Origin: an uncultured Actinomycetes bacterium
GTDB lineage: Bacteria > Actinomycetota > Actinomycetes > S36-B12 > CAIYMF01
Direction of reading: 5' to 3'
DNA: 32,000 nucleotides
NCBI GenBank assembly: GCA_963843975.1
Contig: CAWJMG010000003.1
Span: 1,920,001-1,952,000, forward strand
A program made the translations under genes and the position numbers. The notes beneath the pieces were generated by a model, which was given only the letters and a program-made list of their open reading frames with translations, was not told where the DNA came from and did not search any database. Positions 1 to 9,159 of this stretch are shown piece by piece (the stretch's first letter is position 1; each line of letters begins with the position of its first letter).

Positions 1-2775
1 ACGACGCGCCGCCTGGGCCGGAGCGCCGGGCACCGGCCGCGCGAGGCGACGGGCGAACGCGTCCGGATCGGCCGCCAGGCGCACGAGGTCGGACGTCGAC
101 AGCGACGACGGCACCGGCACGACGCGCGTGGCCGATCGCTCGGACCGCTTCTCCTCGAGCAGCAGTGCGATGTCGTCGTCCCAGCCGACGACGGTCTCGA
201 GGTACGACGCGTCGAGGCCGAGCAGCGGCGACACGCCCTCGACCACGGCGAGGTCGACGTGCTCGCGCATGAGCGCCTGGATGTCGGTGCCGATCCCGGC
301 CAGCACCGCGTCGGCCGCGCCCCGGCGAGCCTCGAGCGCGGCAGCGTCGGGCACCACCGGCCACGCCACCTCGACCACGTCGTCGAGCACCGGGTTGCTG
401 GCGTCGTCGTCGGGCTCGTCGGCCCAGGCCGCCACCGCGCCCGCGCCGTCGAGCGCCGACTCGCGCAGGAGGTCGAGGTACGCAGACGGGCCGCGCACCT
501 TCTTCTGCCGCGGCCCCCACCACGACGACGAGGCGACGAGCAGACGCTTGGCGCGCGTGAGCGCGACATAGGCGAGGCGGCGCTCCTCGAGCTCGTCGCC
601 CGCACGGCAGGCGTCCTTGAAGGCGTCGAAGTCCTTCTTGGTGAAGCCGTCGAGGCGGGGCAGCGCACCGACGTCGCCTCGCAGCGGGTACGGCAACGTC
701 TTGGCGTGCTCGGGCCAGCGCGACCGACCACGCGCGCTCGGGAAGACGCCGGCCGTGACGGACGGCAGGACGACGACCGGCCACTCGAGCCCCTTGGCCT
801 TGTGCACGGTCATGAGCTGCACCGCGTCGCGCGACGCCGGGCGCTCGAGCTCGGGCACCTTGTCGAAGCGCTCGGCCAGCCGGAGCCAGGCGAGGAACGC
901 CACGACCGACGACTCCCCCTCGGCGTCCTGGAAGGCAGCCACGAGGTCGACGAACGCCGCGAGCGCGTCGGCACGGCGCTGCACCAGCAGCTCGGGCGAG
1001 GCCGCGAGCTCGACGTCGAGGCCGATGGTGGTGACGACGCGATGCACGAGATCGGGCAGGGGGTCGCCGACGCTGCGCCGCAGCGACCGGATCTCGGCGG
1101 CGAGGGCCGCGAACCGGCGCAGCGCGTCGTCGCCGTACGGGAGCTCGCCCGGATCGTCGAGCGCGTCGAGCAGCGACACGACGTCGGCTGGGTCGGTGCC
1201 GCCCACGGCGTCGTCGAGCTGCTGCTGCAGGTCGCGCCCCTCACCGAACGACCGGCCGCCGGTGAGCTGCCGCGCCCGCCGGCCGAGCAGGGCGAGATCG
1301 CGCGGGCCGATCCGCCAGCGGGGGCCGGCGAGCAGCCGCACGAGCGCTGGGTTGGCGGTGGAGTCGTGCAGCACGTCGAGGACCGCGAGCACCTCGGCCA
1401 CCTCAGGCACCGCGAGCAGGCCGTCGACGCCGCGCACCTCGAACGGCACGCCGCGGTCGGTCAGGGCGGCCATCACCGGCGGCAGGTCGACCCCGCCGCG
1501 GACGAGCAGCGCGATGTCGCCCGGAGGCGTGCCGAGCGCGATCTCGCCCACGACCTGGTCGGCGATCCAGTCGATCTCCTCGGCGTACGTGGTGTGCAGT
1601 GCCACGCGCACGGCGCCGGCGGGCTTGTCAGGGTCGGCCGCGACGAGCGGCGCCACCTGCGGGTGCAGTGCGCGCAGCGTGCCTGCCACCAGGTTGGCGG
1701 AGTCGAGGATGCTGCTGCCCGAGCGGCGGTTCTCGGCCAGCGTGAGCTCGAGCGCGCGGACGCCGTCGGACGGCGCGAAGTGCACAGGGAAGTCGTCGAT
1801 GTTGGCCACGCTCGCCCCGCGCCAGCCGTAGATGGCCTGCAGCGGGTCGCCGACGGCGGTGACGGGGTGGCCGCCGCCGAACAGGCCGGTGAGCAGCCGT
1901 CGCTGGGCGACCGAGGTGTCCTGGTACTCGTCGAGCAGCACGACGGCGAACTGCTCGCGCAGCGCTTCGCCGACCTCGGGGCACTCCTCCGCGAGCTGCG
2001 CCCCGAAGCGCATCTGGTCGGAGAAGTCGACGACGTCGAGGCGTCGACGCTCGGCGCGGTACTCCTCCACCAGGTGCGCCAGCTCGATCCGCTTGCGCGA
2101 CACCTCCGCGGCGTCGCGGGCGTTGGCCATCACCTTGGTCTGCGCCTCGATGTCGGCGATGAACCGCTCGTCGAAGGCACGGAGCCGTGCGGGGTCGATG
2201 CAGTGCTCGGCGAGCTCGCCGTCGAGGGCGCGCAGGTCGGTGACGACACCACCCACCCCCTTGCCGAGCGGCACGAGGTCGCGACGCGTGCGCACGACCA
2301 CGCGGTGCGCGAGCTGGTACGACGCCGCCTCGCCGAGCAGCCGCGCCTGCGGCTCGACGCCGATGCGCAGCCCGTGCTCGGCGAGCAGCCGGCCCGCGAA
2401 CGCGTGATAGGTCGAGATCACCGGCTCGCCGAGATCGACCTCGGCCCCGGCCGGGAGCTCGGCCGACTCGCGCACGGCCAGCGACTGCACGGCCTCGCGG
2501 ACGCGCCCCGCGAGCTCGCCGGCGGCCTTGTTCGTGAAGGTGAGCCCGAGCACCTGGTCGGCGCGCACCTGGCCGGTGGCCACGAGCCACACCAAGCGCG
2601 CGGTCATCACGGTGGTCTTGCCCGAGCCGGCTCCTGCGACCACGACGTACGGCGACAGCGGCGCGGTGATGGCTGCGAGCTGCTCGTCGCTGAACGGGAC
2701 GCCGAGCAGCTCCTTCAGCTGACGGATGCCGAAGCCGTCGACGGCGCTGCGCGGACGGACCGGGAGGTCGCTCAC
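1..2775 (-). CDS. adnB: UvrD/PcrA-type helicase subunit of a two-subunit helicase-nuclease (AdnB-like); 5' portion only, runs off the left edge
   Basis: Absent from the ORF track because no stop lies inside the window. The minus strand from GTG at 2775 reads VSDLPVRPRSAVDGFGIRQLKELLGVPFSDEQLAAITAPLSPYVVVAGAGSGKTTVMTARLVWLV (UvrD motif I / Walker A). The last codons at the edge read AFARRLARPVPGAPAQAARR in the same frame. GTGA start/stop overlap with the upstream gene at 2772-2775. I hand-checked the first ~80 and last 20 codons, not every codon. No other minus-frame-0 ORF is reported here, which fits one open frame. Confidence 0.75.
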   Translation of the reverse strand, partial: MSDLPVRPRSAVDGFGIRQLKELLGVPFSDEQLAAITAPLSPYVVVAGAGSGKTTVMTARLVWLVATGQVRADQVLGLTFTNKAAGELAGRVREAVQSLAVRESAELPAGAEVDLGEPVISTYHAFAGRLLAEHGLRIGVEPQARLLGEAASYQLAHRVVVRTRRDLVPLGKGVGGVVTDLRALDGELAEHCIDPARLRAFDERFIADIEAQTKVMANARDAAEVSRKRIELAHLVEEYRAERRRLDVVDFSDQMRFGAQLAEECPEVGEALREQFAVVLLDEYQDTSVAQRRLLTGLFGGGHPVTAVGDPLQAIYGWRGASVANIDDFPVHFAPSDGVRALELTLAENRRSGSSILDSANLVAGTLRALHPQVAPLVAADPDKPAGAVRVALHTTYAEEIDWIADQVVGEIALGTPPGDIALLVRGGVDLPPVMAALTDRGVPFEVRGVDGLLAVPEVAEVLAVLDVLHDSTANPALVRLLAGPRWRIGPRDLALLGRRARQLTGGRSFGEGRDLQQQLDDAVGGTDPADVVSLLDALDDPGELPYGDDALRRFAALAAEIRSLRRSVGDPLPDLVHRVVTTIGLDVELAASPELLVQRRADALAAFVDLVAAFQDAEGESSVVAFLAWLRLAERFDKVPELERPASRDAVQLMTVHKAKGLEWPVVVLPSVTAGVFPSARGRSRWPEHAKTLPYPLRGDVGALPRLDGFTKKDFDAFKDACRAGDELEERRLAYVALTRAKRLLVASSSWWGPRQKKVRGPSAYLDLLRESALDGAGAVAAWADEPDDDASNPVLDDVVEVAWPVVPDAAALEARRGAADAVLAGIGTDIQALMREHVDLAVVEGVSPLLGLDASYLETVVGWDDDIALLLEEKRSERSATRVVPVPSSLSTSDLVRLAADPDAFARRLARPVPGAPAQAARR

Positions 2776-5700
2776 GGCAGCACCTCCCGGCCCTCGTCGA
2801 CCGCAGGGCACGCGCGCCGGAACTGGCAGAACGAGCACTGCGAGCCGGGCCGCGCCACGAAGAGCTCGGCACGGACGCGCGACTCGGCCGACTCGACCGC
2901 CTCGTCGACCCAGGTGGGCCCCTCGCCGAGCGGCGCCTGCTCCTGCACGGCGGGAAGGCCGGTCTTCTTGGTCTCGATGCGGAGCAGGACGAGCTCGGCA
3001 CCGGCGACGGCGACGGGCTCGCCCGGCGCGGGCAGGCCGACCCGCTCGCGCACGTCGTCCGGCACGGAGTCGAGCGCGCCCTGCGCGACCGCGAGCTGGT
3101 AGACGCCGAGCTGGATGTGCTCGGCGAGCGCCTCGGTGGTCTCCTTGCTGCGCTGGGTCTTGAGGTCGGCCACGTGAACGGCGCCGTCGTCGTCGACCTC
3201 GACCCGGTCGAAGGATCCGCGCACGCGCACGCCGTTCTCGCCGACGGGCAGCTGCAGGTCGAACTCGTGCTCGCTGGCGACGAGGGTGCGGTCGTCGCGG
3301 CCGCCGTGCCAGTCGAGGAAGCGGCGCAGGGCCTCGCTCGCCTCGGCCCGCTCGCCGGCGCTCTGCCAGGTGGCCTCGAACCCCAGCGCCTCCCAGATCC
3401 GGTCGACCTCGGTCTCGAGCACCGTGAGGTCGGGCGGCAGGTCGCCGCGGGCCACGGCGTCGGCGAGGGTGTGGACCACCGAGCCGAAGCCGAGCGCCGT
3501 GGTGCGGGCCACCTCGGCGTGCGTCTCGTGGCCGAGGAACCACTGCAGAGGGCACGTGCCGAGCGTCGAGAGCTGGCTGCCCGAGAGCCCCACCGGCTCG
3601 TCGACCGGGCGGACGGCCTCGGTCGAGACGGTCGCGTCGAGAAGCCCCCACCACCGGTCGGGGTGGGCGGCGGGCACGAGCGGGCGGCCGTCGTCACCCA
3701 CGGCCGAGGCCAGGACGGCGAGCCTACGGGTGGCAGCGGCGCGCATCGGCTCGGGAGCGCGGCGGTCGACGGCCACCGAGCGCAGCTGGGCGACGAGCCC
3801 GCTCACCGAGAGCGGTCGGGCCGGACGACCGACGACGTGCCGGACGCCTCCGACGCCGCCGGCGAGCTCGGACAGGAACCGCGAGGGCTGCGGGCCGTCG
3901 TCGTGCGCCGACCGCACGGCCGAGACGACGAGCTGCTCCTGGGCGCGGGTGCAGGCGACGTAGAACAGCCGGCGCTCCTCCGCCAGCAGCGCGGACGGCG
4001 GCGCGGCGTCGACGAGGCCGGTGCGCCCGAGGCGGTCGGACTGCAGCAGCGAGCCGCGGCGCCGGAGGTCGGGCCACACGCCGTCCTGCACGGCGGGCAC
4101 GACGACGAGACGCCACTGCAGGCCCTTGGCGCGGTGGGCGGTGAGCAGGCGCACTGCTGGGCCGCGGATGCCGCGCTCGGCGAGGGTGTCGGCCGGGATC
4201 ACCTGCGCGTCGAGCTCGGCGAGGAAGTTGGCCACGCCCCGGCGCCCGCCGAAGCGGTCCTCGGCGCGCTCGGCCGCGGCGAACAGCGCGAGCACGGCAT
4301 CGAGGTCGGCATCGGCACGGCGACCGGCGTCGCCGCCGCGCAGTGCGGCCTGCTCGAGCCGCCGCGGCCAGCCCGAGCCGCCCCGCCCTGCGGCTCCCGA
4401 CCAGACCTCCCACAGCACCTCCTCGGCACTTCCCCGGCGGGCCATGACCGAGCGCGCGACATGCAGCAGGCGGGCGATGCGGACGACCGCCTCCTGGGCG
4501 TGCCGGGCGCGCGCGTCGCGACCGGACGCCGACTGCTGCACGGGCAGCACGGTGGCCGGATCCGCGACGAGGTCGACGAGCAGCCGGCGCAGCAACGTGC
4601 CGGACGGCTCGGGCCGTACGTCGGGTGCGGCCTCGCGCGCGAGGCGGCGCAGGATGCCGCCGAGGCGGCGCACGTCGGCGGGGTCGGCGTCGCCCAGCGG
4701 CGAGAGCAGCAGCTCGTGCACGACCTCGTCGTCGACGGCCGTGACATCGGGCGGGCCCTGGGGCTGGCCCAGCTCGACCGCTACGCGCAGCAGCGTGAGC
4801 AGCGGCGCGAGGGCGGGCTCGTCGTGCAGAGGCACCTCGTCGGCCGCGACCTCGACCGGGACGCCGGCCGTCAGCAGCGCGCGCCGCAGCGTGGGGATCG
4901 ACCGGCGACCGCTGCGCACGAGCACCGCCATGTCCGACCAGGGCACGTCGCGCTCGAGATGGGCGCGGCGCAGCAGGTCGGCGACGTGGGCGGCCTCCGC
5001 GTGCTCGGAGTCGAACGTGACGACGTCGAGCACGCCGTCGCCGTACGCCGGCGCCTCGCACACGGGGTTGCGGTGGGCGTGCACGACAGAGGCGGGCAGG
5101 GGCGCGAGCGAGGTGCTGCGCAGGACGCGGCCGGCCGCCTCGCGCAGCACCGGCCCGAAGCGCCGCGTTCGACCGAGGACCACGACCGGCGCCTCGCCGC
5201 CGCCGAGCGACGGGAAGGTCTCGCGGAAGCCGAGGATGCCGCCGATGTCGGCGCCGCGGAACGCGTAGATGCTCTGGTCGGGGTCGCCCACGACGACGAA
5301 CGACGTGGTCGGCCCGACGAGCCCCTGCAGCAGGCGCACCTGCGCGGGGTCGGTGTCCTGGAACTCGTCGACGAGGACGACGGGGTACTGCGCGCGCAGC
5401 TGCTGCTGGATGTCGTCGTCGTGCGCGAGCAACCCGGCTCGGTGGACGACCTCGGTGTAGTCGGTGACCCCCTCGGCGTCGAGCACGTCGAGGTAGTCGC
5501 CGAGGAACTCCCCGACCGCCTTCCAGGCAGGGCCGACGGCGCCCGCCTGGTGGGCGAGCGCCTCGAGGTCCCATGGGTCGAGGCCGAGGGCGCGGGCCTT
5601 CGCGACGACGGCGCGCACCTCCGACGCCAGGCCGCGCGTGCCGAGCGCTGCCGCGAGCTCGGCCGGCCAGGCCAGCCGGCCGTCGGACACCGCGCCGGTG

Positions 5701-6146
5701 AGCAGCTCGCGGAGGCGGGCCTCCTGCTCCGGGCCCGACAGCAGCCGCAGCGGCTCCGCGAACGCCTCGGGGTCTGCCGACTGGCGCACGAGCGAGTAGG
5801 CGAAGGAGTGGAACGTGGTGACGGTGGGCACGACGCCGCCGCCGAGGCGGGCCGTGACGCGCTCACGCCACTCGAGCGCCGCCCGGCGCCCGAAGGTGAG
5901 ACCGAGCACCTGGTCGGCGCGCACCGCGCCCGGGCCCTGCAGCCGGGCGACCATCGCCTCGACGAGCGTGGTGGTCTTGCCCGTCCCGGGGCCGGCGAGC
6001 ACCAGGAGCGGGCCGTGCCTGTGGGCGACGACGCGGCGCTGCTCGGCGTCGAGCGCCGGCGCGGCCGCCGAGAGCGGAGGCGTGCGGTCGAGGACCAGGC
6101 GCGGGACGTCGGCCGGGTGCCCGGCCTCGGTCGAGGTGCTGGTCAC
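2772..6146 (-). CDS. adnA: UvrD-type helicase fused to a C-terminal RecB-family (PD-(D/E)XK) nuclease with a 4-Cys Fe-S pattern (AdnA-like subunit)
   Basis: 1124-aa ORF. Walker A is LVLAGPGTGKTT, with helicase motifs VLVDEFQDT and YAFRGA. C-terminal nuclease motifs are VADLKT (DxK) and QLGVYQLA (QxxxY). Cys residues at GTCPLQW and CSFCQFRRAC fit a Cx2Cx5C Fe-S pattern. Its position upstream of a second UvrD-like gene matches the mycobacterial adnA-adnB order. Confidence 0.8.
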   Translation of the reverse strand: MTSTSTEAGHPADVPRLVLDRTPPLSAAAPALDAEQRRVVAHRHGPLLVLAGPGTGKTTTLVEAMVARLQGPGAVRADQVLGLTFGRRAALEWRERVTARLGGGVVPTVTTFHSFAYSLVRQSADPEAFAEPLRLLSGPEQEARLRELLTGAVSDGRLAWPAELAAALGTRGLASEVRAVVAKARALGLDPWDLEALAHQAGAVGPAWKAVGEFLGDYLDVLDAEGVTDYTEVVHRAGLLAHDDDIQQQLRAQYPVVLVDEFQDTDPAQVRLLQGLVGPTTSFVVVGDPDQSIYAFRGADIGGILGFRETFPSLGGGEAPVVVLGRTRRFGPVLREAAGRVLRSTSLAPLPASVVHAHRNPVCEAPAYGDGVLDVVTFDSEHAEAAHVADLLRRAHLERDVPWSDMAVLVRSGRRSIPTLRRALLTAGVPVEVAADEVPLHDEPALAPLLTLLRVAVELGQPQGPPDVTAVDDEVVHELLLSPLGDADPADVRRLGGILRRLAREAAPDVRPEPSGTLLRRLLVDLVADPATVLPVQQSASGRDARARHAQEAVVRIARLLHVARSVMARRGSAEEVLWEVWSGAAGRGGSGWPRRLEQAALRGGDAGRRADADLDAVLALFAAAERAEDRFGGRRGVANFLAELDAQVIPADTLAERGIRGPAVRLLTAHRAKGLQWRLVVVPAVQDGVWPDLRRRGSLLQSDRLGRTGLVDAAPPSALLAEERRLFYVACTRAQEQLVVSAVRSAHDDGPQPSRFLSELAGGVGGVRHVVGRPARPLSVSGLVAQLRSVAVDRRAPEPMRAAATRRLAVLASAVGDDGRPLVPAAHPDRWWGLLDATVSTEAVRPVDEPVGLSGSQLSTLGTCPLQWFLGHETHAEVARTTALGFGSVVHTLADAVARGDLPPDLTVLETEVDRIWEALGFEATWQSAGERAEASEALRRFLDWHGGRDDRTLVASEHEFDLQLPVGENGVRVRGSFDRVEVDDDGAVHVADLKTQRSKETTEALAEHIQLGVYQLAVAQGALDSVPDDVRERVGLPAPGEPVAVAGAELVLLRIETKKTGLPAVQEQAPLGEGPTWVDEAVESAESRVRAELFVARPGSQCSFCQFRRACPAVDEGREVLP

Positions 6147-6529
6147 AGGTCGATCCCATCACCCGGGTCGGACAGCGCGGGCATCCACCGCGCCCGTGCC
6201 ATGTCGACCCGAGACCCGCGCAGCGGCGTGCCCTCGGCCCGGTGCCGCCTCAGGGCCTCCGCCTCGTGACCGGCGGCGGGCGAGCCGTCGGCCCGCACGA
6301 CGCGGTGCCACGGCACGCCCGACCCGAACCGGGCCATCACCGTCCCGACCTGCCGCGGCCCACCGCCCCGCTGCAGCGCGGACGCGACGTCGCCGTACGT
6401 CATCGCACGGCCGGCGGGGATGCGCGCCACGAGGTCGAGGACGGCCTCGGCGTACGGCGTCGGCAGCCCCGCCACGGGGTCGCGATCGGCCGCCTGGCGG
6501 CTCCGAGCGGGCGACGTCACGCGCGCCAT
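6143..6529 (-). CDS. alkyltransferase-like (ATL) / MGMT-family DNA-binding protein with the active-site Cys replaced by Trp
   Basis: The literal ORF is 6143-6811, but its first 94 codons are Arg/Ser/Thr-rich and overlap the divergent gene. The ATG at 6529 gives 128 aa with the MGMT DNA-binding domain (MTYGDVA ... VPWHRVV, i.e. the PCHR motif with W). Its TGA overlaps the adnA-like GTG (GTGA at 6143-6146). Confidence 0.7.
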   Translation of the reverse strand: MARVTSPARSRQAADRDPVAGLPTPYAEAVLDLVARIPAGRAMTYGDVASALQRGGGPRQVGTVMARFGSGVPWHRVVRADGSPAAGHEAEALRRHRAEGTPLRGSRVDMARARWMPALSDPGDGIDL

Positions 6530-6578
6530 CCTGCCCGCCTGTGCGCGGAGGCCTGGCAGGGATGCGACGATCAGTCGC

Positions 6579-9074
6579 GTGTCTGTCGAGCCCCGCCCGT
6601 CCGTCGACCCGGTCGACGGCCGTCCTGAGGCGCCCGTGACCCCTGCCCGGACCCCGTCGCTGCCCGACTTCCCGCTCGAGCGCAGCTTCGACGACGACAC
6701 CCAGGGCACCCTCGTGATCGAGGACGGCGTCATCCCCCGACGCGTCCGCCGACCGGCCGACGTGATCCGGCTCAGCCTGGCCCTCGTAGGCGTCGCGGTC
6801 GTGGTCGCCATCGCCTACTTCCTGAGCGGCACGAGCACTGGCATCGAGCAGGACGTCACCCAGGTGAGCGGCAGGCTGCCGTCGCTGATCCTCGTCACGC
6901 TCAACCTCATCGGCGGGCTCGGCCTCCTCGCCCTCCCGATTGCCGCAGCCATCGACCTCCTCGTCCGACGTCGTGGCCGCCAGCTGGTCGACGCGATCGG
7001 CGCGATGGTGGTCGGCATCGCGCTCGCCGTCCTGATCGCGGCCCTGGTGGCGCTGTACGGGTCGGCCAAGCTGCTGCTCGCCCTGACCGGCACCGACGAG
7101 CCCGCGAAGGTCTTCGTCCTCAACCCGCTGATCGTCGGCCTGGTGGCCTTCATCACCGTCGCGCGACTCCTGGGCCGCGGCCGCTGGGGAGTGTTCGCCG
7201 TCATCACGGTGGTCGCCGTCTCGGTCGGCCCGATCACGAACGGCTCGGCGACCGTCGCCGTCATCTCGATGTCGCTTCTGCTCGGCTGGGCTGTCGGCCT
7301 CGGCACCCGGTACGCCCTCGGCACGCCCACCACGCGCCCGAGCGGCATGCAGGTGGCCGACGTCCTCGAGCGCGCCGGGCTTCCGCTGACCCTGCTGCGG
7401 GCCGACAAGCACACGGCCCGGGGCCGGCAGTACTCGGCTTACACGCGCAGCGGCAGTCCGTTGCGGGTGGTCGTCTTCGACCGTGACCTCGAGGGTGCGG
7501 GCGTGGGTGCGGCCGCGTGGCGCAACCTCCGGCTGCGCACCGATCCCGGCTCGCCCGGCGGCTTCTCGATGCGCGCCCAGCTCGAGCACGCAGCCCTCAT
7601 GACGTACGCCGGCACCACGGCCGGTGCGCCGGTGCCGGCCCTGCGGCTCGCGAGCGAGGTCGGGCCCGACTCCACGCTGCTGGTCTACGACCAGATCCCT
7701 GGGACCACCTGGGCCGAGGTCGGGCCGGGGGTGCTGACCGACGCCGATCTCGACGCCGCGTTCAGCGCGGTGCAGCAGCTGCACCGCGACCGGATCGCGC
7801 ACCGTGCGCTGTCGGCGGAGCAGATCATCCGCCCCCGCGAGGGTGTCGTCTGGCTGGCCGGGATCCAGCACGGCACCATCGCCTCGAGCGATCTCGCCGA
7901 GCGCATCGACCTCGCCGAGATCCTCACCACCGCAGCCGTGATGACGGACCCGGCACGCGCAGTGGCGGCCGGCGCGCGCGTCTTCGGCGAGGAGAAGATC
8001 CTCCGCGCCCTGCCGGCTCTGCAGGTCGTCGCGCTGTCCTCCGACACGCGCCGCCGCGTGCGCAAGGACAAGAAGCTGCTCGGGCTGCTGCGCGAGGAGC
8101 TCGTGGCGCTGCGCCCCTCCGCCGCGGAGACCCCACCGATCGAGCTGCGGCGCATCACGCCGCGCACGCTGCTCACGATCGTCGCCGGCACCATCGCCGG
8201 CTACGTCCTGCTGAGCCAGCTCGCCAACGTCGACCTCGTCGGGCTCGTGCGCCAGGCCAACCTCTGGTGGGTCCTCGTCGCGCTTGTGCTCGCGTTCCTG
8301 ACCTTCGTCGGGGCCTCGCTGTCGCTGTCGGGCTTCGTGCCCGAGAAGCTCTCGCACGTGCGGACGTTCGCCGCACAGCTGGCGGCCGCGTTCGCCACCC
8401 TCGTGTCGCCGCCGACCGTCGGCGCAGTCGCGGTCAACGTCCGCTACCTGCAGCGCTCAGGACTGCATCCGGCCCTGGCCGCCGCGAGCGTCGGCGTCTC
8501 GCAGGTCTTCGCGTTCTTCCTGCACATCACGATGCTGTTCATCGTCGGCATCCTCGCCGGCACCAACAGCAGCATCGAGCTGTCGCCACCGGCCTGGGCG
8601 ATCTGGGCCGTGGCCGGCGTGGTGCTCGCCCTGGGGCTCCTGCTGATGTTCGGGCCGGTGCGCAAGATCCTGGTCGACCGCGTGCGCCCGATCCTCAACG
8701 AGGTGGGGCCGCGGCTCGTCACGCTCACGCAGCAGCCGTGGAAGATCGCCGAGGGCATGGGCGGCATCCTGCTGCTCAACGCGGCGTTCGCGGCGTGCAT
8801 GATCGCCTGCGTCGAGGCCTTCCACGACGGCCCCATGAACTACGCGGCCGTCGCCCTCGTCTACCTCGCCGGCTCCACGCTCGGCCAGGCCGCACCTACC
8901 CCCGGCGGCCTCGGCGCCGTCGAGGCGGCGTACGTCTTCGGCCTGACCGCCGCCGGAGTTGACTCGGCCGTCGCGGTGTCGGCCACGCTGCTGTTCCGCC
9001 TGCTCACCTTCTGGCTGCCGACCCTCCCCGGCTACTGGTCCTTCAACTGGCTCCAGCGGGTCGGAAGCCTCTAG
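6579..9074 (+). CDS. polytopic membrane protein: N-terminal TM bundle, central degenerate protein-kinase-like domain, C-terminal LPG-synthase-TM / flippase-like (UPF0104) domain
   Basis: ORF 6420-9074. I prefer the in-frame GTG at 6579 (VSVEPRP...) because upstream codons overlap the divergent ATL gene. There are multiple hydrophobic helices at both ends. The central soluble region has a kinase-like catalytic-loop remnant, LHRDRIAHRALSAEQII. The C-terminal part ends in PTPGGLGAVEA, typical of the LPG_synthase_TM family. The start codon is uncertain. Confidence 0.7.
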   Translation: MSVEPRPSVDPVDGRPEAPVTPARTPSLPDFPLERSFDDDTQGTLVIEDGVIPRRVRRPADVIRLSLALVGVAVVVAIAYFLSGTSTGIEQDVTQVSGRLPSLILVTLNLIGGLGLLALPIAAAIDLLVRRRGRQLVDAIGAMVVGIALAVLIAALVALYGSAKLLLALTGTDEPAKVFVLNPLIVGLVAFITVARLLGRGRWGVFAVITVVAVSVGPITNGSATVAVISMSLLLGWAVGLGTRYALGTPTTRPSGMQVADVLERAGLPLTLLRADKHTARGRQYSAYTRSGSPLRVVVFDRDLEGAGVGAAAWRNLRLRTDPGSPGGFSMRAQLEHAALMTYAGTTAGAPVPALRLASEVGPDSTLLVYDQIPGTTWAEVGPGVLTDADLDAAFSAVQQLHRDRIAHRALSAEQIIRPREGVVWLAGIQHGTIASSDLAERIDLAEILTTAAVMTDPARAVAAGARVFGEEKILRALPALQVVALSSDTRRRVRKDKKLLGLLREELVALRPSAAETPPIELRRITPRTLLTIVAGTIAGYVLLSQLANVDLVGLVRQANLWWVLVALVLAFLTFVGASLSLSGFVPEKLSHVRTFAAQLAAAFATLVSPPTVGAVAVNVRYLQRSGLHPALAAASVGVSQVFAFFLHITMLFIVGILAGTNSSIELSPPAWAIWAVAGVVLALGLLLMFGPVRKILVDRVRPILNEVGPRLVTLTQQPWKIAEGMGGILLLNAAFAACMIACVEAFHDGPMNYAAVALVYLAGSTLGQAAPTPGGLGAVEAAYVFGLTAAGVDSAVAVSATLLFRLLTFWLPTLPGYWSFNWLQRVGSL

Positions 9075-9092
9075 TCCCGGCCGGCCGGGACT
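9073..9092 (+). terminator. perfect 20-bp GC palindrome overlapping the stop codon of the membrane-protein gene (possible terminator hairpin)
   Basis: AGTCCCGGCCGGCCGGGACT is its own reverse complement. There is no U-tract, so function is uncertain. Confidence 0.3.
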
Positions 9093-9159
9093 GCTCCGGC
9101 CGATGGGATTCCGGTGCGCCGGGGGCGCGCAGGGGGCGTCGGGGGTGCACCATCGAGAC

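Noticed and set aside
259-3102. 947-aa plus-strand ORF, with 617-1831, 1832-2407 and 2726-3163 on plus and 810-1244 and 1628-3697 on minus
   Set aside because: These are antisense or out of frame to the AdnB-like/AdnA-like genes. Their composition is dominated by Arg/Ala/Gly/Pro/Ser with no recognisable motifs, the typical open-frame artefact of very high GC. The real gene is the unreported minus frame 1-2775.
1-6146. The helicase-nuclease pair as an anti-phage defence module
   Set aside because: The domain organisation, adnA-adnB order and neighbourhood (MGMT-family gene, moeZ nearby) match the conserved housekeeping AdnAB locus of actinobacteria. There are no accessory defence-type genes or mobile-element signatures.
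3117-6269. 1050-aa plus-strand ORF and several 200-600-aa ORFs across 3286-6639
   Set aside because: Antisense or out of frame to the 1124-aa helicase-nuclease, which has clear Walker A, UvrD and RecB-nuclease motifs. None of these ORFs has family features.
6530-6811. N-terminal 94-codon extension of the ATL ORF
   Set aside because: The extension is Thr/Arg/Ser-rich and would overlap the divergent membrane-protein gene by more than 200 bp. The MGMT-family domain starts right after the internal ATG at 6529.
6159-8357. 732-aa minus-strand ORF opposite the membrane-protein gene
   Set aside because: It has Asp/Arg/Gly/Glu-rich low-complexity composition. The plus-strand frame encodes coherent TM helices and conserved family motifs.
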